DNA of 64,000 bases from Felis catus (lineage: Eukaryota). Positions within the stretch are counted from its first letter, which is position 1. Each line of letters starts with the position of its first letter. A program made the translations under genes and the position numbers. The DNA is taken from contig NC_058368.1 in NCBI RefSeq assembly GCF_018350175.1, forward strand, positions 175,834,001 through 175,898,000. Reading direction: 5' to 3'. Below, in pieces: positions 1 to 12,675 of this stretch. The notes under the pieces are model-generated. The model saw nothing but the letters and a program-made list of their open reading frames with translations. It did not search any database and was not told where the DNA came from.

Positions 1-125
1 AGAAATGACAAAGCAAATGTGGCAAAAATACTAACAACCGATCAGGCGGACAAAAGGTGTTTGGAAAGTCTGCACTATTCCTGCAACTTTTCAGCATTAT
101 TTCAAAAGGAGAGTTTTCTAAAAGA
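1..125 (+). mobile_element. Old L1 (L1ME/L1MC-like) 3' end fragment
   Basis: AAAGCAAATGTGGCAAAA...CACTATTCCTGCAACTTTTC...ATTATTTCAAAA resembles old mammalian L1 3' termini. Confidence 0.5.
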
Positions 126-269
126 CCTTGAAAATGTTTGCTCTTCCATATTGTTTGAATCTTACTCAATAAGAATACATTTACACGTTACTAGAGTGTT
201 CAGTGCTTTTAACGATTAAATAGACACAGTAAGTAACACCTCTTGTGAACTGTAAATCTTCAATTGTTA

Positions 270-370
270 AGTATCAATTATTATGTTGTTCTGTTTATTA
301 CTAATATGGCTATTATACTTACTGTAATATATTATTAATACATTATTAATTTATATTATTATTATTGACA
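270..370. repeat. AT-rich low-complexity (ATT)n-like tract
   Basis: Repeated ATT/TAT units, e.g. TTATTATGTT, ATATTATTAATAC, TATTATTATTATT. Confidence 0.7.
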
Positions 371-510
371 TTGCTAACATTTCGAGTTGTTCTCGAATTT
401 CAGGGAGCTGGCTGCCTTCGGGTGTCCCCCGTCTCCCCAACCCAGGTCATTTTCCGCTTTCCTACCTGGACCTGGCCCCAGAAGTTCACGCCCCCAGCCC
501 ACAGGCTTTC

Positions 511-543
511 GGCAGTGCCCCCTCTGTCCACCAGGGGGCGCTC
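511..543 (+). promoter_or_regulatory. CTCF-binding motif (core plus upstream module)
   Basis: Core CCACCAGGGGGCGC at 528-541 matches the CTCF consensus; GGCAGTGCC upstream module ends its GCAG 12 nt before the core; CpG-rich non-repeat context. Confidence 0.75.
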
Positions 544-1414
544 GCAACACCTTCTTGTCGACACCCGCTGGCACCGCAGAGCCTGAAAAGCAGGCGCTGA
601 ACCACAGGACCGCAGGACCTCCGCCACTGTAGGACGAAGGGAACCTGCCAACCCCCGTCCAGAAGCTCTGGGATCTCTGACATCCAGCTCAATTCCCTGC
701 GCCCTTCTTTTATTCCCCTGCATAGCTGGCTGGCTATTGGCCCGAGGGTGACATTGAAATGCATAAAATTCAGTAATTAATCCGGGAGGCTGATACGGGG
801 AAACACAACCAAATCAGCCAACCTTCTACACTGACATTGAAGAGGGCTACACAGAAGTGGCAACGGAGCGGCCCCTGGACCACATCTGGCCCCCAGATAG
901 ATGTCTTCTGTTCAGCCTTCTTCGTGGTGTCTGAAAACCGGAATTGAGGGTCAGTTTTTAAATTGGGAGATTTCACATAAAATCCAGATTGCTGTTTTTG
1001 CTTATAATATGGGGTGACAGGAGCCCACGTCATCACATGGCAACATCTCTGGCGCTGTGGTTTCCCCCTTTGGACTGGACATACACCCCATCTCACCATA
1101 GTTCCCACCAAGCCCTACTGCCTCACCTTGGAACCACCTCACTGCCTGTCACCTCTCACGCCTGCTATGTCACCTGCCTGGCGCTTGTAGGGACTGGATT
1201 TGCCACTCGAACCAAAGGCAAGCCTAGATTAGTCAGATACCCTGAGAACAGGCCAGTTCCCATCAGTCACAGTTTCTGGTCAACCGCCATTTAAGAAAAA
1301 CCCTTGAGGTTGCAAGGATTTCAGGGAACAGATTTTTTTTTTTTTAATTATATAATATGTTGCCATGCTCTGTGTCATCATTACAACCACTGTGAAAACA
1401 CAAAAGCAGGCAGT

Positions 1415-1605
1415 TGAGCTCAGGCCTGGGTGACCTTGAACAGTCACTTAATCTTTCCCTGCCTTAGTTTCCTTGTCTATAAAATGGGGATATTAATAGC
1501 CGTGTAGACTACTTTGGGAATGCGGGAGACAGCCCGTGTCAAAGCACTTAGTGCCTGGCGCAGAGGAAAAGTCAAATAACTGTTAGCAATTATGATTATT
1601 AATCA
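1415..1605 (+). mobile_element. MIR SINE
   Basis: GTGACCTTGAACAGTCACTTAATCTTTCCCTGCCTTAGTTTCCTTGTCTATAAAATGGGGATA core. Confidence 0.8.
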
Positions 1606-1641
1606 TTACACAGGGCAGCTGAACCCAGGGAAAAATGAGGC

Positions 1642-1815
1642 CAGTGGTTCCCAACTTGAGTGCATATCAAGGTCACCTGGAGGTCATGTTGCACCCAGAT
1701 GGCTGGGCCCCACCCCTACAGCCACAGTTTTGTGATTCAGTGGGTCTGGGCTGGGGCCTGAGACTGTGCATGTTTTAGTGAGTTCACATGTGAAAACGCT
1801 CTGAAAACTGCTGCT
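1642..1815. mobile_element. MER5A-like hAT-Charlie DNA transposon
   Basis: Starts CAGTGGTTCCCAACTT; contains TCACCTGGAGG...TGATTCAGTGGGTCTGGGCTGGGGCCTGAGA; ends TGAAAACTGCTG. Confidence 0.75.
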
Positions 1816-2039
1816 CAACTCACTTAAAGGCAAACTGACCAGTTTGAAACACGTGCCTCCACATTTGCCTACTTCTGGTTGAAAGAGTCCTGGTAAGTAG
1901 TAAAAGTACTAACATATATAAAGTGCTTTAGTGCCTAGCAAAAACAATGCTCAGTAAGTTAGAATTATTCATAATTAAATAGAGAATTACCAGGAGAATC
2001 TACAACTAAAAAGAAAGACATAGGGGAGAAGGGAACCTT

Positions 2040-2420
2040 GGGCATTTGGGCCAGAGGCTTTGTGAGGGCATCCTGTTTTAATCCCCTCATCAAGACTATG
2101 AAGAAGGAACATGTGGCCTTGCTGTTCCCAATCTTCCTGTAAAATCCCAGAAATTACTCCAAGTCTTTGGAGTAGGTCAAGGATGCTCCTTAAAAAGGGA
2201 ACAGCCAGATGGAGTATCCCTTTGCCCTTCCTTCCGTCCTCCTTTCTGGACTACATAAGAGATAGCTGGGGCTCCAACAGCCTCCTTGGGCCATGAGGCA
2301 AACTAAGGACGAAAGCAAAGGCTAAGGCTGGGGAAGCGAAAATCGGGATGGAACCTGGCAACCCAGTGACCATGAAACAACCACACCAGCCCTGGACCAA
2401 CTACGTGTAGAGCAGTTTTC
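2040..2420. mobile_element. MaLR LTR (MLT1J/K-like) remnant
   Basis: GATAGCTGGGGCTCCAACAGCCTCCTTGGGCCATGAGG and CACACCAGCCCTGGAC motifs typical of MLT1. Confidence 0.5.
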
Positions 2421-2815
2421 AATGAGAGAACAGTCAGCATTACTGTGCCCACTCGACTGTCCTTCTTCAGCATGCTGCTTTCATAGCGGCTGAACTTAAT
2501 CTTAACTGAGAGACCGTCTCTCCCTGGGCTGACTTCTGGCTGAGATGCGTCTTCCCCTCTCCATGTAGAACTGACACCCAGTAAACTGCTTCGGCCCACT
2601 CTGTGGGCCAGAATGCTCTGTTTCTTGAGTTCTTGTTCAACTTCAGGTGATTCAGACAACTGTTTATAAGACACAAGTGTATTCTTCCTGGGTGTCTCTT
2701 GGATAAAAATGTCTTTCAGATGACCTCCCCCTGGTTCGCTTCTGGATACGGTACTCAGGCTGGGCTGATCTTTGGCCAGTATATAAAGGTACACTTGAAT
2801 TGGCTGATAACTTTT

Positions 2816-2932
2816 ATTGATTATTTATTTATTTATTTTTAAGTAGGCCCCCTGCCCATTGTGGGGCTTGAACTCACAACCCTGAGATCAAAGAGTTGCA
2901 TGCTCCACCGACTGAGCCAGCCAGCCACCCCC
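2816..2932 (-). mobile_element. Short CAN-SINE (tRNA-like head plus A-tail only)
   Basis: Reverse tRNA-like head with (TTTA)n tail; TSD TGGCTGATAA(C/A)TTTTA at 2801 and 2933. Confidence 0.85.
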
Positions 2933-3864
2933 TGGCTGATAAATTTTAAACATCACCATGCAGGTGGTAAACCTGCTTCAAGTCCCATCCGTGCCTAGTC
3001 TGTCCCCGACTGCTCCCTGTAACCCTCAGACTCACATAACCCAGCAACTGAAGGCTTAACACCCAGGGAGGTGAGGGCCTAAAGACTTTGCTCTAACTCA
3101 CCTGCCCAGTGTTGGTTCAGACTGGCGATGCCCACGAGTCACCCCTGCAACCAAGTTAGTGTGGGAGGGGCCACACGCACTCCTCCACACGCCATCCTGG
3201 CATGGGAAGGAAGGAGCCCCGGCCTGGGTACTGGCTGGGAGCCATGTTCCTTCCCATCTGGTCACTGGTAGTCTGCTGACGTGATACTCCCACCTGTGAC
3301 CTGTGAACTCATGGCTTGCTCTTTGGACTCAGAAATATCCCAGGGAGCACCAGCCATCCCCCCCTCACTGTATCGGCCCCCCTGGACATTCAGTGGATGC
3401 AGACCCCCAAAGAGTCTCACTTTGTACCCCATTTGGCCCACTGGCATGGCAGACCCCCTACCTCGCATGCTTGGCTTTCAGCATCCATGCCACGTGGGTA
3501 CAGAACATGGCCAAGAAAGTGCCACCAGCTAGCATCCCTGCTGCTCCCGAGCGTACAGCTCAATATGGGACTGCATCCCGGGTTGCTTTAGAGCAACCCC
3601 ATCCAAGGTCCACTCCTCATCCTTGTTTCTGGAATCTTCCTATAGAAGAGAGAATCTTCCTCCCATGTCCTCCTGGGTGTGAGTCAATAAACCTCTCAAT
3701 CCCTGTGATTTGCCCAGGTAGAGAATTCCCCCATTTCTTGGTGTTACCCCTTCTGTTTGGACCTCTGGTTCTCAAGGGGGGATATCTGGAAGCATTTTGG
3801 AAATCCGTGAAATATTTTTAGCTGTTCCAATGATTGGCAGTGGCCTTTGGTAGGGTTTAATTTT

Positions 3865-4845
3865 TTTTTTCAATATTTACTGTAAACTGAGCTATGGCAT
3901 GTGTGCAGAAGACCACACATATCGAAGTACACACTCAATGCATAGTCACAAAGCGAACATATCCACGTAACCAGCAGCCAGACCAAAATCAGATTATCAG
4001 GACCCTCAAAGCTTCCTTGGACCCCCTTGCAGTCACCACGACCCACCACTGATAACCACCATCCTGACCTCTAACACGAGGAATCTACCTGCCCTTTTCT
4101 AGAACCTCCTGGAAACGGCTTCATGCCATGTGTCAGTCTTTTGTGTCTGGCTCCTTCCACTCACCATGTCTGTGAGATTCCCGCATTTGCCGCATATCGT
4201 TCTTGATGAGCACACGGGGTGTTTCGAGTTTGCAGGTATTAGGAACGGTGCCGCCTCGAACATTCCTGCACACATTTTTTGGTTCACCGATGCACCGATT
4301 TCTGCCGGACACCTAGGAGTGAAGAGCTGGACCACGGGACAGGTGTATCGCAGCCTCAGTACCCACGGCCAAAGACTCGCCCCGAACTGTTGTGGCAACT
4401 TACACTTCCGCCTACACAGTATGAGTGTTCCCTGTTGTCTCATCAACACTTAGTATTGTCTGTTTCTTGGTGGCCATTCTGGAGGGTGTGGTGTGGTATC
4501 CCACTGTGGTCACTGGCCATTTGGACATCCTTTTCTGTGAAACGTCTGCTCAAATCTTCTGCCTGGTTTTCTGTTGAATTGTTTGCCTCTTCTTTTACTG
4601 ATCTGTAGCTCTTCATGCATTCTGTCTAGGGCTTCTCTCATGAGTAGCTAGATTGCAAGTATCTTCTCTCATTCTGTGATGTGTCTTTTCATGTTCCTAA
4701 AAGTGCCATTTGATGAAACAGAGTCTTAAGACAGCGAGTTCTCCTCTAGGGTTAATAATTTTTGGTCCCAAGTAATCCTTGCCTACCCCCTTGTTTCCTT
4801 CTAGAAGTTTTCTAGTTTCACCTTTCATATTGTGATTTATAATCC
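3865..4845 (-). mobile_element. Old L1 (L1ME-like) 3' region
   Basis: L1 3'UTR hallmarks; minus-strand ORF 4099-4449 carries degenerate ORF2 C-terminal residues (MFEAAPFLIPANSKHPVCSS). Confidence 0.75.
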
Positions 4846-5989
4846 CACACACTTTTCTTGAGTGATCCATTAGACATCCGTGGAGCTGAAAAACCTGTTT
4901 AGAGTGATCTGAGAACCTAGCTCAGCTCTACACATAAACACAAAATGTGGGGGGTTTTTTTGCACGGTTTAATATACACTGAGTTTCCCAGAATGTAACT
5001 CCTGTGTAAATTTAGAGAAGATTTTTATTTTGTTTTGTTTGGAACTTTGCCAAGATTTGAATCATCATTTCAGAAAAAATATGTCACCAACAGCAAAGTT
5101 GCTCAAGGTATGTGAGTAACCCGTATAATCCACCCGTGTCTGTCTACATTTCTACATGATCCTATGGCTTAAGTAGACACATATCCTTAGTTGACTATTA
5201 ATTAACTACTAAAGATGCATGAAGTTGCAACAATCTTCATTTGATTTTTGTCCACATCTTTCAAATCTAAACTTATGTCTTATGGTCTGGAGCACATATC
5301 TGACCACTTCAAATATACTTCCCAGTACGGCCATGCCTATGTGTCTAGATGTCAGTACGTATATTATTTTATCGTACATTATTTACTTTTTTTCTCTTTT
5401 CTATTGTAACTAGAGCATTATGTTAATTTGGGGGGGAGGAACAATGTGTGTAGACACATTTCATTTCATTTCAGGAGCGCAAAGGGGATTCACATTTCCT
5501 ATAAGGACAGGGTCACTGGTTCTGACAGGGTAAGAGCCAGTGCGATCGGCTCTGCCCAGTGGACCTCGCTTTCAAATCAAACGGGAACACTCAAGTGTTT
5601 TCCTGACCACAGGAGCGGTTTTCTTCTAAAACGGAATTCCTCTTAGGCCAACCAATTTTAAGGTAACAGTAATGGCTTTCTCCTCGCTACATGTGTGAAA
5701 TAGACAGTCCCGCACCTGCCCCGGAAGAAACGATATGGGAGTGGCCCGATTGCTCAAAGCCCTCCCACCTCCTTCCAGCATCGACCTGCTTTTGAGATCA
5801 CACATTGGCCTGTTGTGGTTCTTCCCTGGGCTTAGTTTCACAGGTAGAGCGGTCTGAGTTCAAGACCCGGCCCTGCCCCAAACTAGCTGTGTGGCGCTAG
5901 GCAGTGTGTTAACCTTCTGTGAGCCCACGGCGTGCGTTCACAAAATGAGTAAGAGGAAACGTACTTGGCATATTTGTGAAAGCAAGAGG

Positions 5990-6225
5990 TAGTAACTGCT
6001 AATGTTTACTGAGTGCTTACTGCAAGCCAGCTTCTGTGCTAAAGGCCTCAGGAGGATAATCTTTCTATCCTCAATCCTGCCACAAGGACGGGGGCCACGT
6101 TTATCTCCGTCGTACAGATGAGGAAAGTGGAGGCACACACAGAATAAGGAAATTGTTCTAGGTCACCCAGTTGGAAAATGGCAAAGCTCAGAGTCAAGCC
6201 CGGGCGGTCTGACTGGTTCTCACTG
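5990..6225 (-). mobile_element. MIR SINE
   Basis: TAATGTTTACTGAGTGCTTAC...CAGATGAGGAAAGTGGAGGCACA...AGGTCACCCAG. Confidence 0.75.
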
Positions 6226-6509
6226 AATGATAGCTTGTAGGGAAAGGAGTGCCCAGCACAAAGAAGGACACTCAAAAAATGGCAGCTCTTGGTCATTATC
6301 ACGTGCCCATTGGTCTTACAGTTCTGAACACCTGCGCTCATTATTACTTTCTTCCTTCCCGCTCCCAAAAGAACCGCGTATCTGCCTTTGGCTCAACTCC
6401 GTTTAACGCATGCCTAGTGGCTTTTAAACACGTCCATTTCTAATATTCCAGCTGCCTCAATTTGACAGCATTCGTCAGAAGAACACTGGTAAAAAATGAT
6501 GTTAATCTC

Positions 6510-6718
6510 GGGGCGCCTGGGTGGCTCAGTCGGTTGAGCGGCCGACTTCAGCTCAGGTCATGATCTCGCGGTCCGTGAGTTCGAGCCCCGCGTCGGGCTC
6601 TGTGCTGACGGCTCAGAGCCTGGAGCCTGTTTCAGATTCTGTGTCTCCCTCTCTCTGACCCTCCCCGTTCATGCTCTGTCTCTGTCTCAAAAATAAATAA
6701 ACGTTAAAAAAAATTAAA
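6510..6718 (+). mobile_element. CAN-SINE (feline SINEC), CpG-rich
   Basis: Full head, CT tract and A tail; TSD AAAAAATGATGTTAATCT at 6491-6508 and 6719-6736. Confidence 0.95.
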
Positions 6719-7339
6719 AAAAAATGATGTTAATCTACCTGCAAATGGTATAAGGAAGTCTGTGTTCGCACAGGAATTCGTGCTGCTATTTCCCTAAAAA
6801 CATCCAATCCCATAAGCAACAAAAAGCACACTATGTCAGAAATATGTCCAAGCCTCAGGCCACTTGTACCCGGAAATACTTGACCCAAGGAAGCACAACT
6901 GCCCCCCCGGGTGCTGGTTGTACCAGGATTTGACCTGCATGTGTCTAGATCCTGAGGAATGTGCTCGGACACAGGCCATGGTCAGGTATGGTAAATAAAG
7001 TGGCTTCCAGCACAAAATAGACTCCACTTCCCAGCAGGTGTGGCTGCCGAACTCCTCCGTTTCTGAAAATGGTTTTGCGAGCTTGGAGAATTGTAGGGGG
7101 CTTTGTGCTGCAGGGTCGTGTCACGGCGGCCGACCGGCCCTTAGAAGTTTTGGATCAAAATGCAAAATGAGTCTCTGCTATCTCCCAGTGGACAGGACAC
7201 CTCAGGTCTCTCTGGGCTTTTGCTTCCTTGCCCATCAGTGGACGAGGTTTGACTAAGAGAAGCCCTAAAGCTTCCCCAGGCCGGGCCGGGAGCTGAGGAG
7301 TCAACACCTGCCACGAGTTTAGACCTGGTGCTACCAGAT

Positions 7340-7525
7340 CATAGTGTGAACAAGTGAGGACTCAATTCCTTCCTAGCCGTGTGACGTAGGCCCATCACTG
7401 CACCTCTGTGAGCCTCAGTTTCCTCCTTAGATAAAATCAAGAATAAACAATATTGATCTCCCTGGACTGTTAGGGAGGTAACATGTAAACAGCCTAAACA
7501 TAAAATAGATGCTCAACAAATGTGG
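7340..7525 (+). mobile_element. MIR SINE
   Basis: CTAGCCGTGTGAC...CCTCTGTGAGCCTCAGTTTCCTC...GATGCTCAACAAATG. Confidence 0.7.
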
Positions 7526-8819
7526 GTTTCTTGCCCTCACACATGGGCCCACTTTCTCTTACCACCACATTCCCTGATCGAGGCACCAGACCTCCCTATG
7601 CGGTCAGTCCACTTCACCCATGCCCCACCCAGCCCTTCTGTCTTTCCCCGGGGGGGGGGGGTCGAGACGCTCAAGTCTTCTGCCCCAACTAGCATCTACT
7701 CCTAGACCAACTGTCACCATGAAACGACCTGATAAATTGATACATTTACTCCAGTCACCTGCCCCAAACCTCTGCATTAGGAATTCTAGTGTCAGAGTTC
7801 CAGTGCATAGAACAGAGAGGAATCAGTAATTTAAATGTGGCAACATTTGATGATAAGTTGCATTCCTTGAGGATGCTAGGAAGAGAGGCCCTTGGAATGG
7901 TTTCTCTTTTCAGTGTATGTTACGTCTGTGAGTAGCGCCCCCCCCCCCCCCCGCCCCTTGTGACTTACTCCAGGTTCCATGATCTCTGTTTCCTCCTGGC
8001 AAAATAACCCACTTTATTAGAACCAGCTCAGGAGTTCTACCAGCAGGTAAAGCCTTAGAGATGGGCTTCTTGTTTGCTTTCTCCAGCCAGCCACCCCAAA
8101 TTCTTGGAAGTGGGTGGAGCATAAATGAAAAGTTGGTAAATAAAATTCTTTCTTTGGTCTAGTATGGACAGGCCTTGGCCTCTTCAGGCTACTTCATGGC
8201 TCCCAAACTGTAATTATTGGTTGCTTTTTAAAGTGTCCCTCTGAACTGAGAGTCTTTAGTTGTTCTAAATTCATTTGGGATCCTTCTGGACCCAGGAATT
8301 AAAGGTGACTCTTCATTCCTGTAAGTCAGAGACTGTCTCGTCTAAAGAAACATTCCAGGGCTGCAGGCATGTTGTGTGGTGAGATGGGCCAATTAAAGCT
8401 ATATCCCAGCGTCCTCCAAGTAGGAGTTCAAATGGCCTTGAGAAGCAAGAAGCTTCCTTGTGAGTCTGCTCTCCGGCCAGGAGGACCCTTCCTGTAGCCC
8501 TGATCCCCGGGATCCCAGAGTAATGGAAAGTAAGATTAGAAGCCATCAGGCCAGAAGAATCGTAGGTGGTTTTACTGGCCACAAAGTCTCCCTAATATCA
8601 TGGGATTGGGTAACGCCCTGAACGATTCCTGGCTTCTGAAAGAGGATGAGGCCATTCCTGAAGATTCTATGCACTACTCTATCACAGGGGACTGCCAAGC
8701 TCCCTTCCACCAATCCCACCTCCCTCCCAACACAGCACCTTATGGTGGATTGGGGCAGGGGGCGCTTCTGGGGGTCTGATCAGGAGACACTACAACGTGT
8801 GCCTTTTAGGACCAGTGGT

Positions 8820-9400
8820 GATAACAACAAATGACACTGACTGAACACTTTGTATGCATTGCTCATTTCAACCTTTCAATGACCCTATGGACAACCTAGC
8901 ATCTCTCCACATGTGGCCACTATCCACATTTTACGAAAAGGGGAACTGAGGTCAAGAGGGCAAATGAGTTCCTCAAGGTTAATAAGTAACAGAGGCTCAA
9001 ACCCAGCTCTGACGGGCCCCACCAGCCTCGCTTTTAGCAACTCCAAGAATCTGCTGCCTGCCTTACACCTGAGCCCAAGAGCTCGCTATTCACTGTTCTC
9101 CCCAAGCCCCATCAGGTTCCTGCTGCCCACACCAAACCCTGAAGATCTAAATGTGCACCCCAGAGGAGGAGGGGGACACAGGGAGCACGGTGGGTAGAAC
9201 AAGCTTGGGGCCAGATGGCTCAGGTTTGAACCCAGCTCCAACATTTACTCACAATATGGCCATGGGCAAGGTACTTAACCTTTCTATGCCCTTGTTTTCT
9301 CCTCCACACACAAAAAGAAGAATCCCTGATCAGGCTGCAGTTGAGATGGGTTGCATGCTACCTGTACAGCACACAGAGGGCGTCTGGCACCCCAGAAAGC
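8820..9400. mobile_element. Two MIR fragments in opposite orientation
   Basis: Minus MIR ~8820-9040 (CATTTTACGAAAAGGGGAACTGAGG); plus MIR ~9185-9400 (GGGCAAGGTACTTAACCTTTCTATGCC). Confidence 0.6.
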
Positions 9401-9464
9401 TCCATGAACCCTGGGCGCTTCTCCAGGGAGAAGCCTGCTCAGCATCTCCACCTCGACATGTAAC

Positions 9465-10215
9465 AAGCCCCTCAAATTTGGCATAGCCCAAGCCGAGCCC
9501 CTCACCTTCCCTCCTCGGGCCGCTCGGCCCTCACTCTGGCCTGCACTAACACCTGGCCACTTTGTCTTTCTCGAAGCTGAGGTCAAAATTTTCAGCGTCA
9601 TCCTGGGCTCCTCGCATTCCCTGGGTGCCTCACATTTAACATGCCTGCAAGTCCTCGGAGCCTTACCTTTAAAATACACCCGGCATGGAGTCCTGCACCA
9701 TCACCTCCACTGCTCCCTGGTCCGGGTCAACACCTTCTTCCCCCCCCAACGTGCATCCGGCAGCCTCCTCACTTCTCCGTCACTGGGAGAAGAGGGTGGT
9801 CTTCTCCCACCGTAGCCAGAGCAATTCGGGATGTGTCAGGTAATTCCAATCCAGACTCCCATGGTGGCTTTTCCACCTCACCTGGAGATAATGTCAGCGC
9901 CTAATTATGGGCCCACCAAGCCAGTCCCCTCCCACCCTCCCCCTCCCTCTTCTTCTCCAGCCCCACTGGTCTCCTGCTTCCCCTCCTAGAGCCCTTGGCT
10001 CTGCTGTTTTCTTTCCTGAAAACTCTCCCCCAGACATCCGCATGCCTTTCTCCTCTACTCCTGTGGTCTCTGCTCACACACCACCTCATCAACGCATGTT
10101 TTCCTGCCCACCCCAAATAACACAAGTCCCAAGTCGTCTTCAGGCTCCATGCGTCACGGACCAATAAATCACCCAACCTCCCCCACCTCAACCCTGCTTT
10201 CTTTATCTCCTCTCA
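9465..10215 (+). mobile_element. L2 LINE remnant
   Basis: CTCAAATTTGGCATAGCCCAAGCCGAGC...CTCCAGCCCCACTGGTCTCCT...TTGGCTCTGCTGTTTTCTTTCCTG typical L2 3' region. Confidence 0.7.
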
Positions 10216-11288
10216 GTATCAGCTCTGGATAAGCTGTCCTCGGATCAGGTGCAGGAGAGGTAGAAAGTGGTAAAGTGCTTGGGAAAAGTGTTTGATGGAA
10301 ATAGGATTCCCCTGGTTGACAGGAAGATACCATTATATAAATAAATACATTTCATGTGTTTTGCTGGATAGCACATGATTGGTCCAAAAATGCTGTCTTG
10401 GATCAAGTAGTGGTGAAGAAGTTTCCTTCAGAACATGCTTGAGATGTGGGACCTTGAGACCACGCTTGAGAACACGCTTCAGCTCCCTTCGAAAGTAACA
10501 CCCAAAACAAGGTGGGAAGTGCAAACTCGGGCCTTCTGAGTAAAGAGGTCAGATTGCACCTGGTATCTCATTGCAGTCCCTCATGAAGGGACTAAAACTA
10601 TCAGGATGGGATTTTTTTTTAAGACATAAAAGTGCAAGGGAAAATGAGAGAGGTGAAAATAACGAAACTTTGGGATCCAGAAAGTTTATGGATAAGTATT
10701 ATTTGACTAAGCAGCTCTGACAGAACTGAATTCCAAGCTCCTAGCAAGAAAATCTGTGAGCCGAGTGGACATATACAAGAAAATACTCAGAAAAACTTAG
10801 GAATCTGTGATACAGTGTACTTCTGGAACTGAGCGCAAAGCTGTGGGAGGGAGGGTGTAAAATAATGGCGACTGCTTGGAATCCGTTTATTAGTAGTAGA
10901 TGCCGGACATCCTCCTCATTCCACATTGCTGGGTACCTGCCCCTTCCTCACTCTGGCAGAAGACTGATCATCTGCCTTCCAAGAAGGATAAAATATAGAG
11001 ACTCTGGACTATGTGACATCAGACCCAGTTGATGGGCTATTGTTCAGTAACTATGGACGTGGCCTTCTCCCATCTCTCTTCCCATACTGAGCTTCCAGAA
11101 TGCTGGAATCCAGACTTTTGCCCTCTGGAGAGGAGATTAGAAGAAAATTCTCTCCTGTGTCTGACAAACTCAGGTAGAAAGACCTAAAGATATTGAAACA
11201 GGAGCTCCCCAGCAATTAGCACAGCATAGCACTCCACAATAAAGTTCATAGTCAAGAAACTCCACTCATTCAGACAGCCATTTATTAA

Positions 11289-11320
<32 letters not shown>
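11289..11320. repeat. (CAA)n microsatellite
   Basis: About 10 direct CAA units. Confidence 0.95.
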
Positions 11321-11321
<1 letters not shown>

Positions 11322-12221
11322 AATATCTGAGGAAAGCCTCTATGAGACAAGTCACGAAACAAAACAAACAAATAAAAATGACTTGGAGAAAACAGAAATT
11401 TTGCAAGGAGAGGAAAAATGGCTCCAAACTATCATTGATCACCTTGTAAGATAAGAAAAGACACCATATCAATGAAACAAGAACAGAATGCTATAAAAAA
11501 AAAACACTTAGAAACAAAAAAATATTTTTTGAAAATTAACACTGTGAAAATATAAGTTAAAAACTTTGTAAAAGATTTAAAAATAAAATTGAGAAAGAGT
11601 TTCAGAAAGGAAGTCAGAAAGACAAAGAGAAAACAGGGAAGAAAAGAGAAAATAATTAGAAGACCAGTCCAAGAAGTCTTACATGCAAATAAGAAAAGTA
11701 CCACAAAGAAAGAGCAGTGAAAACTGAGGGGATAGTCATCAGCAAAATAATGAAAGAATATTTTGAAACTTGAAGAACAAAAATCTCCAGATTCAAAGGG
11801 GACTTTAAGTTCTCAGCATAATGAGAATAAATATACTCACACTAAACCAGGGTGCATTGTTATGAAATTTCCAGAACACTCAGAACAAAGATAACATCCC
11901 ACCAAGCTTCTGAAGGGTAGGAAAAACAGGCCACATGCAATAGATCAGAAATTAGAATAAATTAAGAATTTTTAACAGCTATGGGGAGAAAAATAAACAA
12001 AAGACAATGGGGCAGTGATTTCAAAATTCTAAAAGAAAAGTATTTCCAGCCTAGAATTCTATATCTAGCCCAATTATCACTCCTGTATAAGAACAGAATA
12101 AAAATAATTCAGATATGCAAATTCTCAAAAAATTTAACTGCTGCATGCTTTTCCCAAAAAGCCACTAGTATATTCTATCAAATGAATGAGTAAACTAAGA
12201 AAAAACAAAAGATATGGCTTA

Positions 12222-12675
12222 TGTATTAGTTGCCTAGGGCTGCCATAACAATGCACTACAAACTATGTGGTCTAAATCAACAGAAATTTATCAGTCCTAG
12301 AGGCTAGAAATCAAAATCATGGTGTCAGCAGGGCCATGCCTTCTCTGAAACCTTGAAGGGGCTCTTCCTTGCTTTTTCCAGCTTCTGGTGGGCCCAGCCT
12401 TTCTTTGGCTTCTGGCAGAAGGATTCCAATCTCTGTCTCTGTCTCCACATGGCTGTCTTGCCTCTGTGCATATCTATATATCTCTTCTCCTCTTTCTATA
12501 GGGACATTAGTCATATAGGGTTAAGGGCCCACCCTACTCCAATATGACCTCATCTTAACTAATTACCTCTACAATGAGCCTATTTCCAAATAATGTTACA
12601 TTCTAAGGTTCCGGGAAAGACACAAATTAGTAGGAAGGGGGTGGTGAAGATGACAATATTTAACCCAGTACTACA
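12222..12675. mobile_element. MaLR LTR (MLT1B/C-like)
   Basis: Begins TGTATTAGTTGCCTAGGGCTGCCATAAC; contains GTCAGCAGGGCCATGC and GACCTCATCTTAACTAATTAC; ends ...ACTACA. Confidence 0.85.

Noticed and set aside
2303..3821. ORFs of 163 aa (minus) and 172 aa (plus)
   Set aside because: Non-ATG starts, no recognisable domain, partial overlap with LTR remnant, no supporting exon structure
6510..6590. tRNA-like A and B boxes (TGGCTCAGTCGG, GAGTTCGAGCC)
   Set aside because: SINE heads followed by CT tract, A tail and TSD; not tRNA genes
7649..7953. G and C homopolymer runs as an inverted repeat or G4 system
   Set aside because: Isolated homopolymers occur throughout the window and the flanks are not complementary
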